Assembly (NCBI RefSeq): GCF_006345805.1
Contig: NC_043001.1
Location: 120,404,001-120,468,000 of the forward strand
Source of the DNA: Octopus sinensis
Taxonomy: Eukaryota
Length of the DNA: 64,000 bases
Direction of reading: 5' to 3'
Shown: piece after piece, positions 12,530 through 26,139 of the stretch
How positions within the stretch are numbered: position 1 is the stretch's first letter
Layout: the number at the start of each line of letters is the position of its first letter
Translations under genes and position numbers: made by a program
The notes under the pieces: model-generated
What the model was told of the DNA's origin: nothing
Seen by the model: only the letters and a program-made list of their open reading frames with translations
Databases searched by the model: none

Positions 12530-13559
12530 AACACAAATGTTTTCATTTTATATTGTTATATACCCGTAAATTCCATGGCACGTAAGGAAGTCTATACTAG
12601 AACATATATTCACTAATAACCATATATGAGTGAAAATGTGTAGAAAACACTATAAGCATATACTGGATATTTTGGATAAACTACATTGAGATGCATCTGA
12701 GTCTATAGTTATATATACAGCTTAAAATGTTAATGTCATCCGACTCTATGTTTACGATACGCATGCGCATGCACCCATATATTTTCTTTTAAAATACCTA
12801 TATACCTACATAAATAGAGTTTTATACATACACACATACATACATACATACATACATACATACATACATACATACATACATACATACATACATACATACA
12901 TACATACATACATACACACAGAGACATACATGTGGGGAAACATACCTATATGCGTGTATTTGCGCGTTTCTTGGCGCGAAAGACAGAGTGAATGTGTACA
13001 ATGATGAAATTTTGCACAAATATATGCATATATTCATACATCCAACTTTTTCTATCTCCAAATCTTTATTCAACTTTTTGTTCTCTTTTCCTTTCCTCGT
13101 ATATATGTATACATACTTGTGTGTGTGTCTGTTATATGCGTCTGTAGCTATGCGAGTCATTTTGCCTGTGTGAGTGTATTTATGAAGGAATGCAGAACCA
13201 CATATGCATATGCATTTATAAATACATAAATTAGTATTATTACACGAAATACTCTTCTATGGGTTTATCTGGAAGTTAATATAACCAGCCATCTCCAAAT
13301 AATCACATACATATAAACGCAAACTGAATGAACTCTTCGAGCTGAAATGCATATATACCTACCTATGTTTACCAAATTACAAGTGCTTAGAAACAGACGT
13401 GTGTGTATACAATAATACAATCAATATAATAAGTTTTACTTCAGTCTGTCCTTTGCACAGATGCACTCGTTAGATACTTGACACCTCAACATATTTCGAT
13501 GCGAATTTGTGACGGGCCAGGTTGTATCTTGTTTGTTTGGAATCACCTTAAATATGGAG

Positions 13560-14385
13560 AACATTATTGACACCACATGCTTTTCATTTTTAAAAATAAG
13601 GCAATGATGGTAACCTGCAGGAAGACCTACGCTGTGTGCGGAGATTCTGTTTGAGAACATGTATGTCAGAAGTGATTTTCAAGATTTTGAACGGGAAATT
13701 TTTCCGTTGAAGATGCACCACATTCTGGTCGGTCAACTGAGATTAACAGCGACAGGAATCCCCGTTATGCAAACAGGATGATCGCAGATATTCCGTAAAT
13801 ATCTAAACGGAGTGTTGAAAGCCATCTGCATCAACTTGATTGCGTCAGTTGGCTCTATGTTCGGGTTTTACATCAATTCAATGAGGTTAAACTCGCCCAA
13901 AGGATTTTAATCTGCGATTTGTTTCTTAAATGTGAAGAAAACTATCCTTTTATAAAGAGAATTGTGACAATGGACAAAAATGGAACGTCTATAGCAATTT
14001 GAAGCACAAACCATCATGAGAAAAGCGCAGCGAACCACCATCACAACCTGAAAAGCAGGGCTTCACCTAAAGAAGATTATGCTTTCAATTTAGTGCTATT
14101 GGATGGGTTTTGTTTTTTTATAAGCTTCTTCCAACGCAGAGGACCATCATTTCGGATGTATGCTGTGAGCAGTTGAAACAAATTAAATGGACTGATCCAC
14201 CGGAAGCGTCAAAGAATTTACTAATTGTAAGAGCGTTGTCTTTCATCACGACAATGTCAAGCTGTACACTTCTTTGCAGACGCGGTAGAAGTTAGTGGGA
14301 CTTAGTGGGGAAGTTTCGCTTGACCTTCCATATTCGTCCGACCCAGCCCTTCAGATTACCATCCGTTTCGGTCTCTTCAAAAATG
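13560..14385 (+). pseudogene. Decayed mariner transposase (mellifera/cecropia-like)
   Basis: Fragments VEDAPHSGRSTE, RIVT(G)D(E)KW, FHHDN, PYSSDPA.SDYHPFRSLQN (=PYSPDLAPSDYHLFRSLQN), with many frameshifts. Confidence 0.85.
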
Positions 14386-14429
14386 GAGTTAAATGGACAT
14401 GTGTTAAACGCAAGTATTCATATGCAAGT

Positions 14430-17400
14430 AAGTGTTAAGCCACGAATAAGTAAGAGTCTGGGCAAAGTTTGATGTAGGAGAGAGAGAGTTATATATTATT
14501 TCTGTTGAATGTTTTGTCGTATTTGTCACGTGACGTCAAATGTAGCTATTGGAATGGTTAATGCCAGGGTAAATGGGTGATTTATCTAGCTAACATTTCC
14601 TATCCTTTTTGTTTCTAATTTTGAGCTAATCTGCATAAACAGTTTATCGATGTATTTAAACTTACCTGCAAATTCGATTCTGGATATTAAGTAGAAAAAA
14701 TGGCTGATAATTTTGGAAGTCTGAGCAAAATGGTCTTTACTGCGATGTTAAGTTTTGTAGGGTAGTTAAAAACTCTGAAAATGCGATTTATGATTTTATA
14801 CTTTAGACAATACAAGTAGTTCAGAGACTGTAAGTTGAGAGTAACACCTAGGATATTAATAGAAGTAAGTTTGGTTTCTCTGAAGATTCGAAGCCTACAT
14901 GGTTTGCAAACATGTGTAGGATTCTTGTTTGTAACTTGTGGCTTAAATTACTAAGTAAAAAATGTCCACAGCGTTGTATAATTATCCTTAAATGATTACT
15001 TATTTATATTTTAAGTTAGACAATAATAATAATACTACGAAATCGCAGCATTCGTGAGGCTAAGCTCACATGAAAGGAGATAGTGACTCCTTCTAATCTA
15101 GATTGAGTCTATAAGTGTTTTACGGCGTGCATGATAATCTTATTTTCTTTGAACTTGATGATAATAATAATAATTGATTTGACGCCATAGTTGTGGGTTT
15201 TGATAACGACATGGATGAGTAATAGACCTTACTATCTAGTTGCATGGTTTTTCCCTTATGCTGATTCAGGGGAGATATACAAGACTAAGAGAGTGCATGT
15301 ATATTATTCCAGACCGTCGAGTGTGCTATGCATTGAGATTAGGAATTATTTTATCCAATATATGTTTACTGATCTTGCGAACTTCAATCTTCGACGAGTT
15401 GATTACTTTGATAGTTTGTTATTGAAATTAAGCATTTGGTCCTTAAGAGAGAACAAGTCTGGGGTAATTATTTTGGTCTTGGTTCTTAATTAATTTTTAG
15501 GGTATATTAATTGGTTTTCTTGTAAGTTTTGAAGATCGAAGATGAAAGGAATTTCTGGTAAGTTGTGTGGTTGATTTGATTGAGTTTACTAAACTTGTCT
15601 GATTGGAAACAAATATGATCTGAATTCCTGATGTAATTTATTTACTTGTTTAATCTCTCCTAATTTCCACTTATTCGATATTTGATATTTTAATTAGAGA
15701 GAGTAAGTCGTCATCAAACAGTAATCCAAGTTTGTTCTTTCTCTAAACTGCCTACGTAACTCTCTTTGTTTCTTTTTTTTTCTGTTTTTTCTTCTTTCTT
15801 TCTTCTCACACTGCCTCTCTTATCAATTTCTCCATCTGTTAAACAGATATGTTATATATTTTAATCGGATGGCGGTGGTGGGGTGAATGAGAAATAATAC
15901 AAATCTGCAAGCTAGTTATGAATATACAAATGTGTGGTGGGTATGAAATGATAGATAGATAGATTGATAGGTTGATGGACAGAGAGAGAGGGGGAACAGG
16001 TGCGCTTTCATGCACGGAAGATTGAAAAAGAATTCATTAATATAAGAATTTATTCACGTATGTGAAACTGAGTCTTCAAGTCGTAGTTTCCTCAAATCAC
16101 ATGATAGCTTTTCAATAATCCTCTTCGTCACGTTTTCGACTACCATTTCTATTAAAATATAACCAATACTGTTTCAGCAACTAAGAGTTCATATTAAATG
16201 TTGTTCCTTCTTTTAACCGTCATAAAAGTGGACATGCGATTATTCAGCATCGGGTATTACCAGGTACCTCAGCTAGTATGTATACATATATATACATATG
16301 TGTGTGTGTGTGTGTATGTATTTATGTATGTATGCATGGATATCATAAAATCATGTCTCTAAATTGTTTGGTCTATGTTTTATTTTACTGTTGTCCGAAG
16401 CAGGATTTTCCAGTAATCTGTGGGTCGAGATCCGTGCCAAATTTCATTTCCTTTGTCTTGTTCATTGACAACTATAAATCTGATTTTAAAATTTTCATTT
16501 TCGTGCTTAAAACTTCAGTGAAATTGTTACTAAGCATTTTTATCTGCCGCATGAAATGATCCCGGTCTCTTATGGGGTTAGCACAGATTCAATACCACGG
16601 TTGATCTTCTCACCCGCAAAATATACTGTTTATATCTCCGCAGAAGTTACAGAGCTGAGAATACAATAAGTATGAATGTACGTACATGTATGTATGTAAC
16701 TACGCCTTTATGAATGTATGTATGCATGTATGTATGTATGTATGTATGTATGTATGTATGTATGTATTTAGGTGTGTATGTATGTATGCATGTATGTATG
16801 TATGATGTATGTATGTATGTATGTATGTATGTATGTATGTATGCATGAATGCATGCGTCTGAAAAGAAATGTAACTAAAAATAATACCAACTGCGATGCG
16901 AAGTTATATCACAGACTTTGCTTACCAAGAGTATATAACTTGATATAATAATAGTCGCCACGCAGCCCTAATGTTTGTATAATACGTTGTAAAAAGAAGA
17001 CTGGAAATTAGTAAGGATAGATTAAGTTTATAGCTGACAGAATGAACAAGATAAACCTATTATATGTGTTAGTGGCCTCTGAATGAAATAAAGAGTGAAT
17101 CAACCAATTATCAAACCGCCATTTTTACAAATCCCTAATATTCATTTATTCATATTCAATGATACTGATTCATCGATCTCTCTCTTATTTAAATTATTAC
17201 AATAGGTTATAGCAATCAATAAGTTATACAGTGCTTTTCCCCTTCAATCAGAAATGAATATTTGTTCAGTTCCAACCGTATATTTATTTGAAAGTGAGTA
17301 ATGTAATATGCGTAAAACATCTGTTACTGGATTAATAATAGCTCTACGTTAGGAGGCATTATCCCACGACACTTTTAAGTATAGAATTAAGCTCAAACAG

Positions 17401-17720
17401 TCCGAGAGTTAAAAGCTTATTAATAGATGTTCAATCTTAGGAGATGTTTCATTCAATATTCTCTTGATACATGGTTCTTCAAAGTAGTTTCAAAGGTGTT
17501 GCGGTATTTTACTAGAAAGGTTTGCGCTAATAGATTTTACGTAAGAAATACGATTACTACAGCTTTAATGGCAGTTAAACGAAAGCTGATAATCGCACGT
17601 ATCGGCAGTGTCGATATGGTCGGTTCCACGTTAGCAGCCAAAACACTTAGTAGTTCTTAGTATCGTAATGACTTTATGGCCCAGACAATCAGCAGTCGAT
17701 AACTTTATCCATTCAGTCAT
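14430..17720 (-). mobile_element. Possible very old Gypsy-like LTR retrotransposon debris
   Basis: Scattered minus-strand peptides: integrase-tail-like KWKLGEIKQVNKLHQEFRSY and LRSSKLTRKP (~15520-15680), gag-like LKS..MPPNV (~17340-17380); no LTR pair established. Confidence 0.25.
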
Positions 17721-17774
17721 AAATATGTTTTATATGAGATCTTACCGCTGTAGCCAGAATGAGAAATGAACATA

Positions 17775-18184
17775 AGGCGACGAGCTGGCAGAATCGTTAA
17801 CACGCCGGGCGAAATGCGTAGCCGTATTTCGTCTGCCGTTACGTTGAGTTCAAATTCCGCCGAGGTCGACTTTGCCTTCATCCTTTCGGGGTCGATAAAT
17901 TAAGTACCAGTTATGCACTGGGGTCGATGTTATCGACTTAATCCGTTTGTCTGTCCTTGTTTGTCCCCTCTGTGTTTAGCTTATTGTGGGTAGTAAAGAA
18001 ATAAGTATTTTGTCTGCCGCTACGTTCTGAGTTCAAATTCCGCCGAGGTCAACTTTGCCTTTCAGGGTCGATTAAATAAGCACCAGTTACGCACTGGGGT
18101 TGATATAACCGAATTAATCCGTTTGTCTGTCCTTGTTTGTCCCCTCTGTGTGTAGCCCGTTGTGGGCAGTAAAGAAATAAGAAA
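17775..18184 (+). mobile_element. SINE family A tandem dimer (full copy plus 5'-truncated copy) with 13-bp TSD
   Basis: Second unit restarts at GTATTTTGTCTGCCGCTACG (~18005); flanks GAGAAATGAACAT (17761-17773) and GAGCAATGAACAT (18185-18197). Confidence 0.9.
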
Positions 18185-18527
18185 GAGCAATGAACATTGA
18201 TAGTTGTTTCTTGGCTAGAAATTGCCAAATACTTCATCGCTCATGGCAAAAGTTGGGACACTATCTTCTACTTGTTTGAGACTTTGGACTGCGTTCATGC
18301 TGAAGAGTTTAGTCGAACAATTCGATCCATGTCCTTTTTCTAAGCGAAGTACTTATTCCGTTGCTTACTTTTTGCCAAGGTTATGGGGACGTAGGCAAAC
18401 CAATCAAGAGACGATGAGGAACAAATACAAACATAAAGACACGCATAAGCATATGCATATATATACATATATACACATGTATATATACATATATAAACGT
18501 GTGTGTGTGTGTATGTCTGCATGTCTG

Positions 18528-18561
<34 letters not shown>

Positions 18562-18579
18562 TGTATGTATGTATGTATG

Positions 18580-18610
<31 letters not shown>

Positions 18611-19343
18611 GGTCCTGGGAGGGTACAAAGATGACATATTTCCAAACCGAACTTTAGGCTTTCTACACTGTCGGAATGCAAGATAATATCGAAATTCTTC
18701 AGGTGAAGAAAATTTAGGTTTCACAGGGGTAAGACCGTTTTGTGGGTTTTGCAAAGAATAAAATATAATCCAAGTAAGGAGACAAAGAAAGACTTTAACA
18801 CATGTTTAATGATCAGTTACAATTGTTTCTGTACCCACTCTGCTTTCAACGCCAATTCATGCAAATGGTTTGCTTGGGTCATCAGAGAGGTGTTAAGGAT
18901 TTTCTTTTTCTTCATATTTGGAATATATGCCGTTACTATTATGTTAAATTTGGAGAAATCTGTCTTTCTTTCTTTTTTCAATATTTAATTTTCTTACTGG
19001 CGAACTATCGTATTTCCAGCTGCTTCAGATGCCAAGATATGAACATTTCCAAGCGTAGCACAACGGTTTAGCATTTTCCAAAAGTATAGTAAGTTCCACA
19101 TACGACAGTTTTGCAAAATCTTTCTGACTGAAAACATCAAACAGGCATAGAGTTACGATTTGATGCACCAAACAAAGTATTATTGTTAAGCTGAAACTGT
19201 TGCTAATTTAAAGACAACTTAATCAATGGTATTCCCTCGAGTATGGCTTGAAACCATACTCGTAGGGCTTCCAGTTTAAATACATGTATGTACATATGTA
19301 TCTATATGTGTAGGTAGTAGTGTTTTGCATATACGAACATGTA

Positions 19344-19433
<90 letters not shown>

Positions 19434-19669
19434 GAGAAAGAAATATAGAGGTGTAGGGAGGAGACATCCATACTGCTGCTTTGAAGTTCTTGTGTCTTTC
19501 TTTGAGTCGTCAGTGCAATTATTCTTAGTTTCTTCAACAGACTTCATTTCACCCATTATTTTACACCATTTTCTATTCGCATTATTCGTTTTAGTACCTG
19601 CTTACATCATACAAGTTATTACTAACTTCGGCTCCAGATTTGTAATTTAGGGTAGGGGAAATAGACGTC

Positions 19670-19832
19670 ATGTCTACTATAGGCACATGGCCTGTAATTT
19701 GAGAGGCTAGTCGATTTCATCGATATCTGGTACTTATTTCATCGACCTCGGAAGGATGAAAGGCGAATTTAAACTCAGAATGTAAAGACGGAAGAAATTT
19801 CGCTAAGCTAACGATTCTACAGGCTCGCGGCA
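19670..19832 (-). mobile_element. SINE family A, degenerate
   Basis: CTGGTACTTATTTCATCGACC.CG.AAGGATGAAAGGC...AACTCAGAATGTAAAGACG. Confidence 0.75.
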
Positions 19833-19944
19833 TTTGTCTTCGTTATAATAATGCTAGAAAACCAAACTAAAATACTATTCAATATTCAATTACTTCGTCC
19901 AACGTTTACATCCATCCGGGCTTAATATTCATTTATATTATTCT

Positions 19945-20258
19945 GACTCCCCGTCGGTTACAATGACGAGGATTCCAGTTGATCCTATCAACGGAACAGC
20001 CTGCTTGCGAAATTAAAGTGTAAGTGGCTGAGCACTTCACAAACACGCGTAACATTAGCGTAGTTCACAAGGAGATTCGGAGTGACACAGAGTGTGACAA
20101 GGGTGGCCCCTTTGGAAAACAGGTACAACTCATTTTTGCCAGTTGAGTGGACTGGGGCAATGTGAAATAAAGTGTCTTGCCCAAGGACACAACGGGCGGC
20201 CGGGAATCGAACTCGATCGTTTACTGAATATCCTTAACACCAAACCACGCGCCTTCAC
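19945..20258 (-). mobile_element. tRNA-derived SINE family C
   Basis: Minus strand: GAAGGCGCGTGG head, GAGTTCGATTCCC B box, GTGTCCTTGGGCAAGACACTTTATTTCAC body; relatives at 63568-63843, 42283-42617, ~35720, ~46940 and ~31000. Confidence 0.85.
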
Positions 20259-20783
20259 TATATTATTCTATGAGGAGACAAAATACGCATCAGTAATATC
20301 CTAGTGTTGTTGCCATGCTCTTGCGAAATTGTCCGTTTTTAAAACCATTTTTCTTTGTTCCTTTATATTTAAATTTTCTCTTAATGGTTATATTCTATGT
20401 TTCTTTCTCTCTCTTGTCTTATATTATTGGTGTGCATGCGCATGCGCATGCGTGTGTGTGTACGTATATGTGTGTCTGTGTATGTTGCGTACTTTTTTTT
20501 AGATGGAGAAAGGTGGCCTTCCATTTATTATTCAAACTTATAGTGCAGGCTTTAACCAGTAAAACAGCAAAAATAGAGCAAGAAAACAGTTGTGATCTTG
20601 CATATTTTACTGCTATGCATACACATCAATGTGCAATTCTTCTAGTGTTTCAGTTGCTGCACGTGTGAGTGGCCATCCGTTGTTATAAACGAGCACAAGC
20701 GAACGTGGATCGTTATGTGCCGGAAATTAACTGTGACAACTTAATGCAGCTTTTCCGACACCTACATAAATTTGCTCAACCAA

Positions 20784-20846
<63 letters not shown>

Positions 20847-21235
20847 TGCTGTCATTTCAACATCTGCTGTGTAGTTTCGTGGATGGATGTATTTGCAATA
20901 TTCTATTGCTTTCTTCGTACATAGCAACATCTGACAAATCCAGTCCCTTGATCGCAATTCAGAGCTAAAAGATGTCTGACGTTTAGCCATTTATCTGACT
21001 CTTTCAGCATTCTAATAATGAATCAACCTTTTTAGGATTAGACAAACAACCGATATAATTTTCCTAATATAAACGATTTCGCCAGACAGCCAAGTACGTC
21101 TTCATAAGACTAAATCAATTGATATACATATATATATAGTTATATATACATACATATATATATAAATATATAAATATATACACATACATACATACATACA
21201 TACTACATACATACATACATACATACATACATACA

Positions 21236-21269
<34 letters not shown>

Positions 21270-22140
21270 CAGGAGCCGGAGAATATATTGTTGTTAAAAC
21301 TACGCAAAAATGAAAATAACACTGACATCTTATTTTAACAGATATATTTGCCAAAATTATATAAAACACATCTTGAAATACGAAACAGTAAATTTATTCA
21401 ATAAAATTACCATTGGCTTCAACCAAGCCTCCAAACGACTTCGGAATCTCCTGCAACCCTTCTGGACGGTCTCCTTGTTTAAGTTGGTGAATGTTGCCAT
21501 AATCCTTGCCTTCAGTTCATCTTTGGTGTTACAAGGAGTTTTGTTGGTCTCTCGCTCAACTGCGCTCCACACATAATAATCAAAGGGGTTGCAGTCTGGG
21601 GAGTTGGGTGGCCAGAGTTTAAGAGTGATGTGGTCGCAGACAATGTCTGACACTCATGACTGGGTTCTCCTGCTTATGTGGTATGGTGCAGAATCCTGTT
21701 GTCAGGCATAAGTATTTCCAGCAGACACTCTTTTGACTCAGGGCATCACCACCTCCTCCAGGTACTTAATGTAGGCCTCCGTGCTGAGTCTGGGGCTCTG
21801 TGAGATGACTGGCCGCATAACGTCACCATCACTAGTGATCAATCCAAACACCATGATGTTGACTAGATGCTTGATTTTTATCACCCTCGGTACATGTTTT
21901 GGGGACATGGCAAACCGACAGTTGTTCTGTGTATTCGCCATCTGTTCGTATTGGAGCTTCCGCTGCGAATACCAAGCAGAACAGCGTGTTGTTTCCAAAT
22001 TTTTAGCAGATGAACTGCGTCATGGTGTTGTTTTTCTCACAGACGGTACCCGACTGGCCCTACTATACTGTGTAGTCAACAAAATCAAACACCAACAATG
22101 TACATGCGCAAAATTACATATATAAAACGGTGACAATTTA
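21270..22140 (-). pseudogene. Tc1/mariner DD37D (maT-type) transposase relic
   Basis: QQDSAPYH...WPPNSPDCNPFDYYVW with exactly 37 codons between the two Asp residues; two in-frame TGA stops at likely Trp positions; upstream KHLVNIMVFGLITSDG. Confidence 0.85.
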
Positions 22141-22379
22141 CCAACACACACTCACATACACACATATGTTGATATCGTAAGAAATTATAAGCCTTTGAAA
22201 GAACATGAACAGATTTTCATGGATAGGGGAACATTGGATCTCGAAGTACATCTCGAGCTCTAAATAACATGAAAATATAGAGTTCAAAAACACTTTTGGA
22301 TAGTCACTGTCAACTACATACTTGTAGAATAACCCATTAGATTTATGTAAATTTTTTTTATTATGACTGAAGATATATA

Positions 22380-22590
22380 AGGCGGCGAGCTGGTAGAATC
22401 GTTAGCACGCCCGGACGAAATGCTTAGCGGTATTTTGCTACGTTCTGAGTTCAAATTCTGCCGAGATCGAGTACACCTTTCATCCTTTCAAGATCGATAA
22501 ATTAAGTACCAGTTGAATACTGGATTCGATCTAATCAACTATCCCCCTCCCCCAAATTCCAGGCCCTGTGCCTATAATAGAAAGGATCAT
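22380..22590 (+). mobile_element. SINE family A
   Basis: GGCGGCGAGCTGGTAGAATCGTTAGCACGCC...GAGTTCAAATTCTGCCGAG...AAGTACCAG. Confidence 0.85.
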
Positions 22591-22638
22591 AACTAAACAT
22601 ATAAACAAACATTAATATGTATGCATATATTTATGTAC

Positions 22639-22669
<31 letters not shown>

Positions 22670-24005
22670 TGTATGTATGTATGCATGCATGCATGCATGT
22701 ATGTATGTATGTATGTATGTATGTATGTATGTATGTATGTACGATTAACCATGATGTTCTGGTGATCTGAAGAGCTAGCCTTCTATATCTGTATTGGTTT
22801 GTAAAGGTACAATTGCATCGTAGTATGCATATTGATACAGACATGTCAAATAATTTATTATACACTGAAATTACTGCTACGCGATGTAGGCTGCGAAACG
22901 TTCGTAATTCTACGGATATCAAATGCTTAAATAAATATATTCACCTCTCAAAGCTCCTTGACTTTCAATGGTTTATATATGAATGTATGTTTATCAAACA
23001 TATTACATAATATTAACACTCACACATATGTATGTAATCGGAGTATGACCAAAAATTTAGAAGTTTATTTCACAACTATGAGTTCCCTGGTCCGGTCCGA
23101 CTGTGCGTCATCATTGGATGCTAGCTTTTTTTTCTGTGGCCGTCGCCGGACGCATGCTTCTGTAGTGAACCTCAGCAAGCAGAAACTAATAAAAAACAAT
23201 AACGCGTAAGGTGAATTGTAGCTGAGTAGATAAGATATTAAGCAAGTTGTGAACTAGTGAGTAGTAGATATCACCTTACAAGAACCTTAATAGTCTTAAG
23301 AATATCACCACACAAATATATAATTCCGGATTCAATTCTACTGCGTAGTACCTTGTGCAAGTGACTTTTACCGGATCGGCCAAAGTTCTGTGGATTTAGC
23401 TGGGCAGGCAAAAAAAGAAGACCGCTGGAAGACCATTCAAAGAACACTGCTGTCACCTGGGTTATCAGAGCCAAGATGTATGCCATCAATTAATATATTT
23501 CTCTTTGTACCTCCTGTTGAATGTACATAAGCCTACCTATCTGTATACTCAAGTGTCATTTATAAGAAGTACTATGTCCTAGAAAATGTATATAATGTAT
23601 TCCACGGGTAAGTGTTCTCTTAATGTAATTTTCATGCAGAATCAGCGTGGCAAAGGTATGAAAAGGTTTGGCCTTTGAATTACAGATCTTCGACAAGCAT
23701 TACCATAATTTGTCTCTGCCCAAACATAATCGAGGCTATGTAAAGTGGATTTGCCCGTATAGTCAGACATTAAGTTCAATCCTGGGACCTCGTGGTGGCG
23801 AAGCAAACTTATCAACCAGGAAAGCATGTCTGTGTCAGTATGTGTATGTGCCTGCGTGAGAGCGCAAGTGCGTGAATGTGTGTGTGTGTTTGTCAGTGGG
23901 TGGGTGAATGAACTGGCGTGTGCATATAAATACATAGAAATAGACATACAAATAACTACATTCACATGTCAAGCACATACAGACATCACGATCATATATA
24001 TATAT

Positions 24006-24044
<39 letters not shown>

Positions 24045-24334
24045 TTCAACAATTGAGGGTAAAATTAATTAACTATTAATCAATTTCACCAAGTATTCAG
24101 TATGTAAAGGGACCATTTTAGGCGAATTCAAAATATTACATTATATATAAGGGCTTAGTAAAATAAATTACTTTGCCACATACTGAACTCATTAGAAATA
24201 GCAGCTAAAGAAATTTCTTCAGCTACTTCTAATACTTAAAGAAGATCTCTCTCAGATAGTGTTTGCCTAAACCAACTCACAAAGGTATGGGGGAAAAAAC
24301 ATTAAAAATTAAAAAATCAAGTGCAAAGGTTATT

Positions 24335-24386
24335 TGAGAACATACGTTTCTAGATTAGTCAATTCGACATTTCTTTCGTCAGCTCA
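24335..24386 (-). ncRNA. Type I hammerhead ribozyme (array copy 1)
   Basis: TGAG-CTGACGA-stem II-GAAA-CGTATGTT-CTCA; helix III palindrome carries one substitution. Confidence 0.6.
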
Positions 24387-24890
24387 GAATTCCTTGAATC
24401 GTATTTGGGAACACTGAAAGTTGGGAGCATACCCTTTCGGCTTCTTATCACCTCTAGAATTCTGCTCGAACTAAAAGTGCTATAAAATCCGAATATGCAA
24501 GCGAAGAATTTCTGCTCTCCCCTTTCCACCAGCGTGGGTTAAAATTGACAAACACCATGTATTAACGGTGAAAACCGCAGCATTTAACAGAGAGAGATGA
24601 ATTATAATTTCAACAATTGAGGGTAAAATTAATTAATTATTAATCAATTTCACCAAGTATTCAGTATGTAAAGGGACCATTTTAGGCGAATTCAAAATAT
24701 ACATTATATATAAGGGCTTAGTAAAATAAATTACTTTGCCACATACTGAACTCATTAGAAATAGCAGCTAAAGAAATTTCTTCAGCTATTTCTAATACTT
24801 AAAGAAGATCTCTCTCAGATAGTGTTTGCCTAAACCAACTCACAAAGGTATGGGGGAAAAAACATTAAAAAATCAAGTGCAAAGGTTATT

Positions 24891-24942
24891 TGAGAACGTA
24901 CGTTTCTAGATTAGTCAATTCGACATTTCTTTCGTCAGCTCA
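24891..24942 (-). ncRNA. Type I hammerhead ribozyme (array copy 2)
   Basis: Stem I TGAG/CTCA, CTGACGA, stem II AGA/TCT plus GTC/GAC (A.A at the closing position), GAAA, helix III ACGTACGT, GUU site. Confidence 0.65.
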
Positions 24943-25120
24943 GAATTCCTTGAATCGTATTTGGGAACACTGAAAGTTGGGAGCATACCCTTTCGGCTTC
25001 TTATCACCTCTAGAATTCTGCTCGAACTAAAAGTGCTATCAAATCCGAATATGCAAGCGAAGAATTTCTGCTCTCCCCTTTCCACCAGCGTGGATTAAAA
25101 TTTGATAGCACTTTTAGTTC

Positions 25121-25172
25121 TGAGCTGACGAAAGAAATGTCGAATTGACTAATCTAGAAACGTACGTTCTCA
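25121..25172 (+). ncRNA. Type I hammerhead ribozyme (array copy 3)
   Basis: TGAGCTGACGAAAGAAATGTCGAATTGACTAATCTAGAAACGTACGTTCTCA; predicted cleavage after 25168. Confidence 0.65.
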
Positions 25173-25677
25173 AATAACCTTTGCACTTGATTTTTTAATG
25201 TTTTTTCCCCCATACCTTTGTGAGTTGGTTTAGGCAAACACTATCTGAGAGAGATCTTCTTTAAGTATTAGAAATAGCTGAAGAAATTTCTTTAGCTGCT
25301 ATTTCTAATGATTTCAGTATGTGGCAAAGTAATTTATTTTACTAAGCCCTTATATATAATGTAATATTTTGAATTCGCCTAAAATGGTCCCTTTACATAC
25401 TGAATACTTGGTGAAATTGATTAATAATTAATTAATTTTACCCTCAATTGTTGAAATTATAATTCATCTCTCTCTGTTAAATGCTGCGGTTTTCACCGTT
25501 AATACATGGTGTTTGTCAATTTTAACCCACGCTGGTGGAAAGGGGAGAGCAGAAATTCTTCGCTTGCATATTCGGATTTGATAGCACTTTTAGTTCGAGC
25601 AGAATTCTAGAGGTGATAAGAAGCCGAAAGGGTATGCTCCCAACTTTCAGTGTTCCCAAATACGATTCAAGGAATAC

Positions 25678-25729
25678 TGAGCTGACGAAAGAAATGTCGA
25701 ATTGACTAATCTAGAAACGTACGTTCTCA
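25678..25729 (+). ncRNA. Type I hammerhead ribozyme (array copy 4)
   Basis: Same 52-nt motif as copy 3; predicted cleavage after 25725. Confidence 0.65.
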
Positions 25730-25907
25730 AATAACCTTTGCACTTGATTTTTTAATGTTTTTTTCCCCCATACCTTTGTGAGTTGGTTTAGGCAAACACT
25801 ATCTGAGAGAGATCTTCTTTAAGTATTAGAAATAGCTGAAGAAATTTCTTTAGCTGCTATTTCTAATGAGTTCAGTATGTGGCAAAGTAATTTATTTTAC
25901 TAAGCCC

Positions 25908-25938
<31 letters not shown>

Positions 25939-26139
25939 ATATATATATATATAGATATATATATATATATAGATATATATATATATATAATATATACCAG
26001 AACATATGACCAATCACGGGCTACAAGTGAGACGATGGTGTATATACCAGATTGGATATTACAAGTACACTATTTAAAATCAACTTCAAATGAAACCAAT
26101 TAAGAATACCTGCATTTAATATTACACAATATACACATA

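Larger units (their letters stand above)
24044..25908. repeat. Tandem-plus-inverted array of a ~560-bp hammerhead-containing unit (retrozyme/Penelope pLTR-like), flanked by (TA)n
   Basis: Units start TTTCAACAATTGAGGG at 24044 and 24608; orientation flips at ~25101; the inverted 1.4 units run to 25908; copies differ by only a few substitutions and indels. Confidence 0.92.

Noticed and set aside
24044-25908. CRISPR array or other prokaryotic system
   Set aside because: No short repeat-spacer structure or operon-like genes; the sequence is eukaryotic repeat DNA
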